A stretch of 64,000 nt of DNA from Candidatus Peregrinibacteria bacterium (GTDB taxonomy: Bacteria > Patescibacteriota > Gracilibacteria > UM-FILTER-43-11 > JACRIE01). Of this stretch, positions 51,511 to 60,141 are shown piece after piece. The stretch spans positions 16,364 to 80,363 of the forward strand of contig JACRIE010000040.1 in the NCBI GenBank assembly GCA_016220165.1, read 5' to 3'. The notes under the pieces were generated by a model. The model was not told where the DNA came from. It saw only the letters and a program-made list of their open reading frames with translations, and made no database searches. The number at the start of each line of letters is the position of its first letter. Positions within the stretch are counted from its first letter, which is position 1. The position numbers were made by a program, and so were the translations under genes.

Positions 51511-51548
51511 AAGATGAAGGCGAGGATATATATCCTCGCCTTCATCTT
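51511..51548. terminator. terminator hairpin after secA, member of the hairpin repeat family
   Basis: aagatgaaggcgaggatat / atatcctcgccttcatctt, a perfect 38-bp palindrome followed by tttttatt. ORF-track start 51514 for hrcA lies inside it and is rejected. Confidence 0.7.
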
Positions 51549-51555
51549 TTTATTC

Positions 51556-52260
51556 ATGAATCTCCGTCAGGAACGTATCTTGCAGGCGATTATCGACTCT
51601 TTTTTAAAAACGGCTTCCCCCATAGGCTCGCATTACCTTTATGAAGCCTATGATTTCGATGTCTCCCCTGCCACCATCCGCAACGACATGACCGCGCTGG
51701 AGGACGAAGGGCTCATTTATCAACCCCATACGTCCGCGGGACGGGTTCCCACCGGTCATGCGTACCGCGCGTTCGTGGATCGCCTTTCCGTCGACGCTGG
51801 AACGACCCGGCGCGTCCATCGCGAAGTGACTGACGCCTATCTCAGACATCATCTAAAAAAATTAAAAGAGCGCTTATTCGATCTGGTGGCGGTTCTCGCC
51901 GAAGTGACGGGGGAAATTAGCTTCGCGACGCTTCCGGACAAAAAACGTGTTTTCTACATCGGAGTCGGGCGGGCGCTGCGCCAACCCGAATTCATGGAAT
52001 TTCCGGAACGCGCGAGCCGAGTGATCGAAGTGCTTGAAAATGATCTTTATGAACTTTTACAGGAATTGGAAATTCAGGACGAAGTCATTGTCTCGATCGG
52101 TGAAGAAAATTTAATTTCAGCCATGCGCACGTGCTCCCTGCTCGCCATCCGCTACGAAGATCATGGATACAGCGGCATTATGGGAATTCTCGGGCCTACC
52201 CGCATGAATTACGCTTACAATATCGCGGCTTTAAAAGAGATCCTCAGACTCCTCCAATAG
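51556..52260 (+). CDS. hrcA: heat-inducible transcription repressor HrcA (compact, about 234 aa)
   Basis: LRQERILQAIIDSFLKTASPIGS...VSPATIRNDMTALEDEGLIYQPHTSAGRVPT (wHTH) and the C-terminal GILGPTRMNYAYNIAAL. Confidence 0.8.
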   Translation: MNLRQERILQAIIDSFLKTASPIGSHYLYEAYDFDVSPATIRNDMTALEDEGLIYQPHTSAGRVPTGHAYRAFVDRLSVDAGTTRRVHREVTDAYLRHHLKKLKERLFDLVAVLAEVTGEISFATLPDKKRVFYIGVGRALRQPEFMEFPERASRVIEVLENDLYELLQELEIQDEVIVSIGEENLISAMRTCSLLAIRYEDHGYSGIMGILGPTRMNYAYNIAALKEILRLLQ

Positions 52261-52271
52261 CTTTCGATTTT

Positions 52272-52757
52272 ATGGAGATTTTTTTAGGAATCGATCCGGG
52301 ACTGGCAACCGTAGGATTTGGCGTCATCCAAAAAGAAGGAAACCAACTTCGTCATGTCGGCCATGGCACTATCCGAACTCCTTCGGCATTGCCGGCAGGC
52401 GAACGGCTTCGGCTGATCAAAACGGATCTGGTTTCGCTTTTTCAGGAATACAACCCCTGTTCCGTAGGGATTGAAAAACTCTTTTTCTCACAAAACACTA
52501 AAACAGCTCTTCAGGTGGCCGAAGCGCGCGGTGTCATTGTGGAGACTGTTTTTTCACACCATCTGCCATTTTTTGAAATGACGCCCCTTCAGATTAAAAA
52601 CGATGTCTGTGGAGATGGCGGAGCGGATAAAATACAGATCCAACGCATGGTGAAACAGCTCCTTTCTCTCGCCTCCCCTCCCCGATCCGACGACGCGGCC
52701 GACGCGCTGGCTATAGCGATTTATACAAGCCGCGTCTATAAAGCAAAAAATATTTAA
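52272..52757 (+). CDS. ruvC: crossover junction endodeoxyribonuclease RuvC
   Basis: LGIDPGLATVGFGVI, VGIEKLFF.QN, EMTPLQIK and DAADALAIAI. Started at the ATG at 52272; the track extension overlaps hrcA. Confidence 0.88.
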   Translation: MEIFLGIDPGLATVGFGVIQKEGNQLRHVGHGTIRTPSALPAGERLRLIKTDLVSLFQEYNPCSVGIEKLFFSQNTKTALQVAEARGVIVETVFSHHLPFFEMTPLQIKNDVCGDGGADKIQIQRMVKQLLSLASPPRSDDAADALAIAIYTSRVYKAKNI

Positions 52758-53653
52758 TGATCATTTTTATGGACACGAATGCCGAACTTCTTAGTCCTGC
52801 CATTAAGAAAAAAATTGAAACATTTCAGCAGGCCGAAATTACGGAACAATTTGTGTATAAAACGCTGGCTTCCGCCACGCCCGATCCTGACGACCATTCT
52901 ATACTGGAAGACATCGCTCGCGAGGAGCAAACTCATTACGATTTTTGGAAACAATACACAAATAAGGATTTTAAACCCAACCCCTGGAAAGCCCGTCAGT
53001 ACTTAATGCTTGCTAAACTTTTCGGCCTTTCATTCGCGCTAAAACTTATGGAAAGCGGAGAAGGGATAGCCCAAAAAGAATATAAGGAAATAATCCCTAT
53101 CATTCCCGAGGCCGATTCTATACTTCAGGACGAAATAAAACATGAAGCGGAGCTTTTGGCCCTGATTAACGTTGCGTCGCTAAAATACATCAGCTCTATT
53201 GTTCTGGGGCTCAATGACGCCCTGGTTGAGCTCACGGGAGCGCTCGCGGGGCTCACACTGGCGCTCGCGGATACTCATTTGATCGCGCTCACCGGACTCA
53301 TCACGGGCATCGCGGCCTCGCTTTCCATGGGCGCCTCGGAATACTTATCGCTGAGGGCGGAAAAATCAACCAACGCCTTACGGGCATCCCTTTACACGGG
53401 AATGACCTATTTTATAACGGTTCTTATTCTGGTAGCCCCTTATTTCATCTTATCTGATTTTTATTTCGCCCTCCTTTTCACGGTTATTAACGCGCTTCTG
53501 ATCATCTTGGCCTTCACCTTTTATACATCCGTCATAGAAAACGCCTCCTTTCGGAGGCGTTTTCTGGAAATGGCTATTTTGAGCTTTTCAGTGATGACAA
53601 TCACCTTTCTGATCGGATTCCTGGTCAATAAATTCTGGGGGGTCCGGATCTAA
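52757..53653 (+). CDS. VIT1/CCC1-family iron/manganese transporter with an N-terminal ferritin-like (erythrin) domain
   Basis: E..FVY..LA...D......LE.IAREEQTHYDFW (di-iron-like helices) followed by LGLNDALVELTGALAG and five TM helices. Confidence 0.75.
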   Translation: MIIFMDTNAELLSPAIKKKIETFQQAEITEQFVYKTLASATPDPDDHSILEDIAREEQTHYDFWKQYTNKDFKPNPWKARQYLMLAKLFGLSFALKLMESGEGIAQKEYKEIIPIIPEADSILQDEIKHEAELLALINVASLKYISSIVLGLNDALVELTGALAGLTLALADTHLIALTGLITGIAASLSMGASEYLSLRAEKSTNALRASLYTGMTYFITVLILVAPYFILSDFYFALLFTVINALLIILAFTFYTSVIENASFRRRFLEMAILSFSVMTITFLIGFLVNKFWGVRI

Positions 53654-53655
53654 GA

Positions 53656-54930
53656 TCATTGTTTCGGAAGATAAAAACTGGATGGCGCTTCCTCATCCGG
53701 AGTCGATTCTTCTTCGGACGTATTCTCGTCAGCGTTTTCCGTATCCTCCCCGGATGCGCCGCCGGAACAAACCTTGTCTTCCAGCCATTCCAGCTCACTC
53801 TGGAACGCGCTGATCATAGTCGCTTTGGATTCTTTATTTTTGGTGTCCAGCACACGCCAGAGAGAAACGTTGTCCCGAATCTTGAGGGGCGACCGGCTGA
53901 CGAGATCGGCGCAATGGGCGCGCGTCGTCGAATTGCACACCATGGTTTCACATGTCTTTTTAATGTCGGCAATCATCTGCGGAGCGTATCTAGTGCGGAT
54001 CGCGCCCGGCAGAAGACGCCATGAATCCCACCGCCCGAGCCCTTCCAGCATCTGCGTAACAGGATTGCCTGTCATAGTGACGGGCGCCGGCGGTTCCTGA
54101 TCGAGAGGACGGTCGGAACCTCCGTACATGTCCTCGAAACGGTCGTTCAGATAGCCGATTTCTGAGTTCAGGATGCTGAAAATCTCGGTTCGGCCTTTTT
54201 TCAGTCTGGAATTCAGGGATGCCGCCTTCTGCAATTCCTTCACTTCCTCGCAGGCAAACGTGGCCCGCGCCCGTACGCTCCGTTGGGTCGGAACGTCATC
54301 CGGACCGCGTACTTCCAGTTTCTCGCAATAAGAATTAATAAGATTCATTATCATGGGGATCCCCACCCGCCGATCGGATCGGATAACACGGGTTTTAAAA
54401 GCCCCTTCTTTCAGCCAATTTACCCAATCCAGAATTTCCTCGATCGGATTGAATAAAGCTCTTTCTTTACGTTCCGGGTAGCGGGTGACATTGTATTGAT
54501 CGCTGGGAAGATCCGGCTCGGCCACCTCTTCATTTTCATCGCCGCCGTATAGCGCTTGGAATTGGGAAGACATCGACTCCAGATCCTCTGACGCCTTTTC
54601 CTTAAAATTGTCCAGCGCTCCCTCTGTGTCCCCGCGGGAAGCCCGAGTCGCCTCGTTCAGCGCCGATTTGATGGCTTTATATTCGTCGGGGCAGCCCTTC
54701 ATGTCGTTGAGTTCCAGCTCTTTGCAGTTTTTAAGAATCTGCGGAAGCAAAGCGCGCGCCTGTCCAACCGACGTCAGGGCGCTCACTTTTTCTAAAAAGG
54801 CTTCAAACGGATCGCTCAGCACTCTCAATGAATCCGTTGAGACAGGGGCCGGAGCCGCATTCGACAGCAAGGGTAAAAGCAAAAACGCCCCAACGACTGC
54901 CAATAAACGTGGAAACCATTTTATTTTCAT
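53656..54930 (-). CDS. secreted protein of unknown function built from three related modules
   Basis: Started at MKIKWFPRLLAVVGAFLLLPLLSNAAPAP (signal peptide). Recurrent module ends: SSQFQALYGGDENEE, LNDRFEDMYGGSDRPLD and FQSELEWLEDKVCSGGASGED. Acidic C-terminus. Confidence 0.65.
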   Translation of the reverse strand: MKIKWFPRLLAVVGAFLLLPLLSNAAPAPVSTDSLRVLSDPFEAFLEKVSALTSVGQARALLPQILKNCKELELNDMKGCPDEYKAIKSALNEATRASRGDTEGALDNFKEKASEDLESMSSQFQALYGGDENEEVAEPDLPSDQYNVTRYPERKERALFNPIEEILDWVNWLKEGAFKTRVIRSDRRVGIPMIMNLINSYCEKLEVRGPDDVPTQRSVRARATFACEEVKELQKAASLNSRLKKGRTEIFSILNSEIGYLNDRFEDMYGGSDRPLDQEPPAPVTMTGNPVTQMLEGLGRWDSWRLLPGAIRTRYAPQMIADIKKTCETMVCNSTTRAHCADLVSRSPLKIRDNVSLWRVLDTKNKESKATMISAFQSELEWLEDKVCSGGASGEDTENADENTSEEESTPDEEAPSSFYLPKQ

Positions 54931-55016
54931 AAACTCAAAGTTAAGATTAATTTTTTTAAATTTAACACAAGATTCTACCCCGCGCAAATGGATTGTACGG
55001 TTCACACCGTAAACCC

Positions 55017-55045
55017 TTGAGTTTTAGGCTTATTTTTGCTATAAT
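55017..55045 (+). promoter_or_regulatory. sigma70-type promoter (TTGAGT-17-TGcTATAAT) for the 55140-60141 operon
   Basis: The -35 is at 55017-55022, TGc at 55037-55039 and TATAAT at 55040-55045. Its architecture and spacer resemble 13672-13700 on the other strand. Confidence 0.6.
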
Positions 55046-55051
55046 AATCAG

Positions 55052-55139
55052 ATAAATCAAGTGACGAGTGACGAGAAAAAACTTGCAACTCGTTACTCGT
55101 CTCTATTAGTTCGTCACTGGTCACTCGTCACTAAGTAAA
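55052..55139 (+). promoter_or_regulatory. structured 5' leader, copy B of the duplicated promoter-leader module
   Basis: agtgacgagtgacgag-aaaaaacttgcaa-ctcgttactcgtctctattagttcgtcactggtcactcgtcactaagtaaa-ATG. Hairpin 55063-55075/55089-55101 (13 bp including one G.U) competes with the perfect 13-bp pairing 55060-55072/55120-55132. Confidence 0.7.
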
Positions 55140-55640
55140 ATGGATATGAACGATCTCGAAATTGCAGAAAATCAGGATCCGGTGCTACTCGCCTGGCAGG
55201 CGCCGGAATTCATCAGCCATCCACGGGGGAAATTATGGTACACAGTCGTGGGCCTTCTGACCGCTGGAATCGTTGTTTATTCGCTCATAACGCAATCGGT
55301 CACGACAGCCATTGTGTTTTTGCTGCTGGCCACGGTTTACGTGCTGACCCGTAATCAGAAGCCAAGGACAATCGATATCAAAATCACGCAGCTGGGAATT
55401 TGGGTTCATCGGACGTTCTATCCCTACAACATGATCCGTTCCTTTTGGGTGGTATACACTCCGCCGTTTGTTCAGACGCTCAACCTTGAAATCGCCAAAA
55501 AATCCCTTCCGCACGTCGCGATTCAGCTCAACGGTCAGGAACCCGTTCCGATCCATGAGATTTTAAGCAAAAAAATCCCTGAAGCCGAAGGGCGCGAGGA
55601 AAGCCTCATGGAAATCGTCACCAGACTTTTCCGACTTTAA
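55140..55640 (+). CDS. small two-TM membrane protein, unknown function
   Basis: 166 aa. W.APEF..H.R...WY is followed by two TM helices (VVGLLTAGIVVYSLI and AIVFLLLATVYVL) and a beta-rich C-terminal domain. Confidence 0.7.
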   Translation: MDMNDLEIAENQDPVLLAWQAPEFISHPRGKLWYTVVGLLTAGIVVYSLITQSVTTAIVFLLLATVYVLTRNQKPRTIDIKITQLGIWVHRTFYPYNMIRSFWVVYTPPFVQTLNLEIAKKSLPHVAIQLNGQEPVPIHEILSKKIPEAEGREESLMEIVTRLFRL

Positions 55641-55654
55641 CAGTTTAATTCATT

Positions 55655-57853
55655 ATGACAGCGTCTGTTCCTGAAACAGCGGTGATAGAAGCGCAAAAGG
55701 CATTTGAAGTCACTCTTTTCCCTGAAAGCGTTTCCGCGGATAACTTAGCCGCCCAATTTGCCGAACGCTACGATCCAAAAAAATACGAAGACGCGATCCG
55801 GACATACGTTGACACGATCACCGCGAAAGATGAAAAAAGCGCCAGTCTTACGGCTGAATCCGTAAGAGCTTATGAAGTATTTTATCAAAAAAATATGGGC
55901 GATCTTCTGAAAGACGCCAAAGCCGAAATGAGTCGCTATCAGGAAGCCCAAAAAGCCATCCGCGACTGGACACGGAATGAGCTTGGCCTCTTAAGAGCGC
56001 AAGTGGAGGCGGCGCGGCGCGTAGCGCCTGCGACCGAAGCGGCCAAAAAGGCCCCGACGGCCAAATATGCGGAAAAAAACAACCTTTTGGGACTTTTCGC
56101 ATCAGCGGACTATAAAACCTATTCCGAAAGCAAAGATAAAACATCCGATCTCTTTGAAAACTACCTAAAAACTTTGAACGATCAGTACCTCGATCTTCCG
56201 CGCCAAAAACGGAATCTCATCGATGAGTTCGGCAAAAAAGAGGGCGGAGATCGCTTTGGGCGTTATAAGGCCATGGCTGACACGTTCAGGGAAGGGATGA
56301 GGGCGCGCGTCGTCGGTAAAATTGACCTTATTTTCTACGAAGGGGCCGCTCCTGAAAAAATCGCGGCGCTTCAGGAAGAAATTCAAAAGGCCTACGCGGA
56401 TTTCGCCAAAAACGATGATGAGATCGGGTTTGAGGATTTAACCGCGCTGGATCGAACCGCCGCGTTTGGAATCGATTTGAACTTATTGGTAAATGGCACA
56501 GGCAGCCGTCAGGCGATTCTCGATCAACTGGAGACGCAGCATTCCATGCGACCCGAGGTCTGGGAAAAAACGGCCGGGGGATTCACGAAGCGCCTCATCG
56601 AAAACGCGATTAACAATGGTCAATCCGGGGCGATTATTACGTTCGTGAAACAATATTGCGTAAAAATCGGACGGCCAAACGATACGCTTGATTTGAAAGG
56701 CGCCTGCAAAGAACTCGTGGCCATGACGGAACGCGCGGCCAAAGCGGGAATCAGGGAAACGCTTGCCTTATGGGAAGGAGAAAACGGACTCGATACGATT
56801 GTCAACGGGCCTCTGAAAAAATCGGCGAATCAAACGGATCAGCGCATCCGCGCGACAGCCATCCTGGAGCGCGCGCAATTATTGACCGAGGAAGTGTGGC
56901 CCAAGAACGAGCCGGATCGGGCCGTAGTCACATTCATTCGCTCTGATTTTGAAGGACGCGGCGAGATCCTGAATAATCCGGGCCGTCTATCGGAGCTCCT
57001 GGAAGGCGTCAAAATCGCAACCGTGGATTACGCCAAAGCGCTGAAGGGATATCTACCCGCCGGCAGTCGGAAATTGGAGGGAAGGGCGGCCCGCGATCCC
57101 GCTCGTCTGCAGGCGCTGATACTGCTGGGGCAGGAGGCGGAAACGATCATTATAAACTTCGGACAGAAGGAAAAATATGAAAAAATTAAAACCGAACACG
57201 AAAAAGACGCGCCCTATCCCGTCGATCTTAAATTCGGCAGTCTTAAAGACCGGCCGGACAATCGTTACATTTCCAATGTCGCGTTGGGCGGATTCAGCGG
57301 TATAGGATTAGGCGGCACGCTCCTTCAGGTGCTGGCGGGGGCAACCCTGGTCGCGAACGTGATGTCCTCCGGATCGGATGCCTGGAAAAACCCGTACGTA
57401 GCGGCTTCGGTGGGCGTTCTTACCGGCTTTCATTACAACAATCGCATGCCGGGCGGGCTTGCCGGCTATCCAATGGCCAGTGAAGCGGAACGCCAGCTTA
57501 AGATGACCCATCTGCACCTAAACACGTTGTGTCTGAATCGCGATTTTAAGAAGGATGCGGTAGTAAAATTTTGCCATACCTCTGCCGAATTCAACGCGAT
57601 CCGGGCGCTCGTTCGTGAGCCATCCAGGATAAAAAAACTAGTTGAAGACGCAGTCAAAAAACCGAATGACCCCAAATATCCAGTGATAAAAGCCGCGGAT
57701 CTGAAAAAGGCGGGAATCGATGAAAAACTGACCGGCGTAACGGACGATCCTCGTCAGTCCCGCCTGCGGTATGAATTTTATAAAACCTTCCTGCTCGGCC
57801 AAAAAAGCGTCAATGTCACGAAACTGCGGGAAGACTGTCGTTTATTCAACTAA
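55655..57853 (+). CDS. 732-aa protein of unknown function with a hydrophobic Gly-rich hairpin near residues 560-610
   Basis: Long helical N-terminal part with no signal peptide. VALGGFSGIGLGGTLLQVLAGATLVANV and YVAASVGVLTGF are predicted membrane segments. No recognised catalytic motif. Confidence 0.75.
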   Translation: MTASVPETAVIEAQKAFEVTLFPESVSADNLAAQFAERYDPKKYEDAIRTYVDTITAKDEKSASLTAESVRAYEVFYQKNMGDLLKDAKAEMSRYQEAQKAIRDWTRNELGLLRAQVEAARRVAPATEAAKKAPTAKYAEKNNLLGLFASADYKTYSESKDKTSDLFENYLKTLNDQYLDLPRQKRNLIDEFGKKEGGDRFGRYKAMADTFREGMRARVVGKIDLIFYEGAAPEKIAALQEEIQKAYADFAKNDDEIGFEDLTALDRTAAFGIDLNLLVNGTGSRQAILDQLETQHSMRPEVWEKTAGGFTKRLIENAINNGQSGAIITFVKQYCVKIGRPNDTLDLKGACKELVAMTERAAKAGIRETLALWEGENGLDTIVNGPLKKSANQTDQRIRATAILERAQLLTEEVWPKNEPDRAVVTFIRSDFEGRGEILNNPGRLSELLEGVKIATVDYAKALKGYLPAGSRKLEGRAARDPARLQALILLGQEAETIIINFGQKEKYEKIKTEHEKDAPYPVDLKFGSLKDRPDNRYISNVALGGFSGIGLGGTLLQVLAGATLVANVMSSGSDAWKNPYVAASVGVLTGFHYNNRMPGGLAGYPMASEAERQLKMTHLHLNTLCLNRDFKKDAVVKFCHTSAEFNAIRALVREPSRIKKLVEDAVKKPNDPKYPVIKAADLKKAGIDEKLTGVTDDPRQSRLRYEFYKTFLLGQKSVNVTKLREDCRLFN

Positions 57854-57864
57854 AAAATCGATCC

Positions 57865-58125
57865 GTGTCCATCGAACAAACCGACATCATTGACCGCCAG
57901 GCGAACCAGGCCCAAATCAACCGGCACCGCGAAGAAGAGGAAACGGACTCCCAGCAATCCGCCTCAGGCGGGCGGCAGCGGAAACAACGACAGTCCGACC
58001 CCTCCCCTGCCTCGGGCATGGCCAAAGCCGCCATCGGCGGCATGAAAAAAAAATTACTGATCGCGGTCGGGGCCACCGGCGGCGTCGCGGGAATAGGCTC
58101 CCTGATTAATTATCTTATCGGCTAG
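57865..58125 (+). CDS. small tail-anchored membrane protein
   Basis: GTG start, a charged N-terminus, and a C-terminal TM helix (LLIAVGATGGVAGIGSLINYLIG). Tightly packed between its neighbours (11-nt and 3-nt gaps). Confidence 0.45.
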   Translation: MSIEQTDIIDRQANQAQINRHREEEETDSQQSASGGRQRKQRQSDPSPASGMAKAAIGGMKKKLLIAVGATGGVAGIGSLINYLIG

Positions 58126-58128
58126 CCC

Positions 58129-60141
58129 ATGGAACGATTTCAAAAAATCATCGTCACAGCGCTCCTCTGCATCTCGCTCGCGTTGACGCTGGCGGGCGTG
58201 AGCGGGCAAGGCAAAGTTTACGCAAAACCGCCCGCCGACCCCGGAACAATTTCTTCTGACTCTGGCGGCGCGCCCGCTAGTCCGGCGGCAACCCCCTCAA
58301 AAAAACCCGAGACCGATCCTGTGACGTTTCAGGAGCTGGTAAAAAAAACCCTGCAGGCTTCCACAACGGTTAACCGGATTTTCAGTCCCATGATTCACTT
58401 CTTGGTCTTCCAGATCGGAAATTTTTTGGGAAACGACTACATTTATGGCGGCGATATGGGCACGATGCTCCACACCATTTGGGTCATCATGCGGAACATC
58501 GTTAACGTCATCTTCGCGCTGATCTTATTAGCAATCGCCCTGATGAACGTGATCCGGCCAGAAGGCGATTCGAATTTCGCCATCAAAAAAACGCTCCCGA
58601 AATTGGTGCTGGTGCTCATCGCGGTCAACTTTTCATGGATGGCGAGCCGCGTGATTCTGGACGCGGCCAACGTGGCCACTAATATCATTTTCCAGATTCC
58701 CGCCGGAGTCCAATCCGTCGGCAGGCCGGATCCAAAAGACTGCACCGTCGACTCGACGAAAAATACGTATGAAGGCGATTGCGCCCCTTATAAGATATAT
58801 TTTCCTTTTGACGGAAAAGAAGCGGATTACAACAAAGAGAATTGCCCCCCTGAAGATGAAATCGATAAAGCTTACGCTTACAAAGTAACAGACAGTAGCG
58901 CATCGGATATGGGTCCGGAAAAACAAGCGTATGATAAGTACTTTGGCAAACGCATTTTCTGCTGGCAGACCATGGATTTTACAAAATACAACCAGAACAC
59001 GGCTTCCCTGTTTTTGTCGTACGGCATGGTCAAAGTCCAGAAAATCGGCCAAATGAGTCAGGCGATCAAAGAAGGCGACACGATCAAAGCGATCGATAAA
59101 ACCTTCATCGGCACCGTCTTCGCTCTTGCCATCCAAATCGTTTATCTGGCAACCTTTCTGGCCCTGTGGCTCGGCCTGCTGGCCCGCACCGCGGCGCTGT
59201 GGCTGCTCGTAGCCTTTTCGCCGATACTGCTTCTGGCGCTCGCCGCCAAAGAGGCCGGCGTCAATCTTCTTCCGGAACAGCTCTCGTTCAATTCATTCAT
59301 CGATTACGCCTTCATTCCCGCCAAAGTCGGAGCCGTGCTTTCGATCGGCTTCATCATGATCGCGGCAGGCCAGACGATGGGCGATTTCTCCTCGAATTCC
59401 ACGGGAAAAATCCTCGAAATAACCAATTTTGCCGGCATGGAAACTCTGCAGCAGTTCATCTGGCTCGTCATGGTCATCGTCGTGGTCTGGATGGGAGTGT
59501 TCGCGATCCTCGGCAAGACCCCCGGAGTTTCTCATCTCACGGGCTGGATCGGCGAGCTGGGCAACCGCGCCGGGAAGTTTATTTCCACCGCGCCCAAATG
59601 GGCCCCCATTATTCCTTTGGGTGTTGACAAACAAACAGGCAAGGCCAAATGGAGGAGCGCTGAAACGATTGACAGGGAGGTGAGCGATAAATTCCACGAC
59701 GCCCTCCGTGAATTCCAGGGAATCAGGGGAACGAGTCAGAACGAAGCGGATAAACTGGCTGAAATGCTGAGAAAGGATGAAAGGGCCCGGCAGGAGCTCG
59801 TCAAAACGACCGATCACAAAGACATCGTCACAAAAATAAACGCGACGCTGAAAATAGACAGGGAGAAACTGAGAGACGTGACCCGGGATAATAAATTGAC
59901 CGGCCTCCTGACGAGCGGAGGAATAGACGCGACCAATGCCGAACGCATAACCGCCGCCGTCCGCCAGGAACTGGATCTGAATCCAGCTGCCGCAGGGTCT
60001 GCGGTATCCGCTCCCGTTCAGCCAGCCGCCGCACCGCCACTACCTCCTGCGCCGCCAGCGCCTCCTGCAACAGTCCCCCCTGCCGCTCCCGCTGGATCTG
60101 GTGCACCTAATGGTGGAACTGGAACCGCCGCCAGACCATAA
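58129..60141 (+). CDS. polytopic membrane protein, possibly TrbL/VirB6-like, with a Cys-containing extracytoplasmic loop and a Pro-rich tail
   Basis: 670 aa. Signal peptide, about 6 TM helices, a loop of about 150 aa with 4 Cys (DCTVD..GDCAPY..ENCPPED..IFCWQ), a cytoplasmic coiled-coil, and a PAAAPPLPPAPPAPPATVPPAAP tail. The VirB6 assignment rests on topology only. Confidence 0.75.
   Translation: MERFQKIIVTALLCISLALTLAGVSGQGKVYAKPPADPGTISSDSGGAPASPAATPSKKPETDPVTFQELVKKTLQASTTVNRIFSPMIHFLVFQIGNFLGNDYIYGGDMGTMLHTIWVIMRNIVNVIFALILLAIALMNVIRPEGDSNFAIKKTLPKLVLVLIAVNFSWMASRVILDAANVATNIIFQIPAGVQSVGRPDPKDCTVDSTKNTYEGDCAPYKIYFPFDGKEADYNKENCPPEDEIDKAYAYKVTDSSASDMGPEKQAYDKYFGKRIFCWQTMDFTKYNQNTASLFLSYGMVKVQKIGQMSQAIKEGDTIKAIDKTFIGTVFALAIQIVYLATFLALWLGLLARTAALWLLVAFSPILLLALAAKEAGVNLLPEQLSFNSFIDYAFIPAKVGAVLSIGFIMIAAGQTMGDFSSNSTGKILEITNFAGMETLQQFIWLVMVIVVVWMGVFAILGKTPGVSHLTGWIGELGNRAGKFISTAPKWAPIIPLGVDKQTGKAKWRSAETIDREVSDKFHDALREFQGIRGTSQNEADKLAEMLRKDERARQELVKTTDHKDIVTKINATLKIDREKLRDVTRDNKLTGLLTSGGIDATNAERITAAVRQELDLNPAAAGSAVSAPVQPAAAPPLPPAPPAPPATVPPAAPAGSGAPNGGTGTAARP

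Noticed and set aside
13587-55139. The idea that the two inverted 120-nt promoter-leader copies bound a 41-kb invertible segment (phase variation).
   Set aside because: Both copies point outward toward their own genes, so recombination between them would only swap equivalent promoters. No invertase or recombinase gene is present. The interval is full of essential genes.
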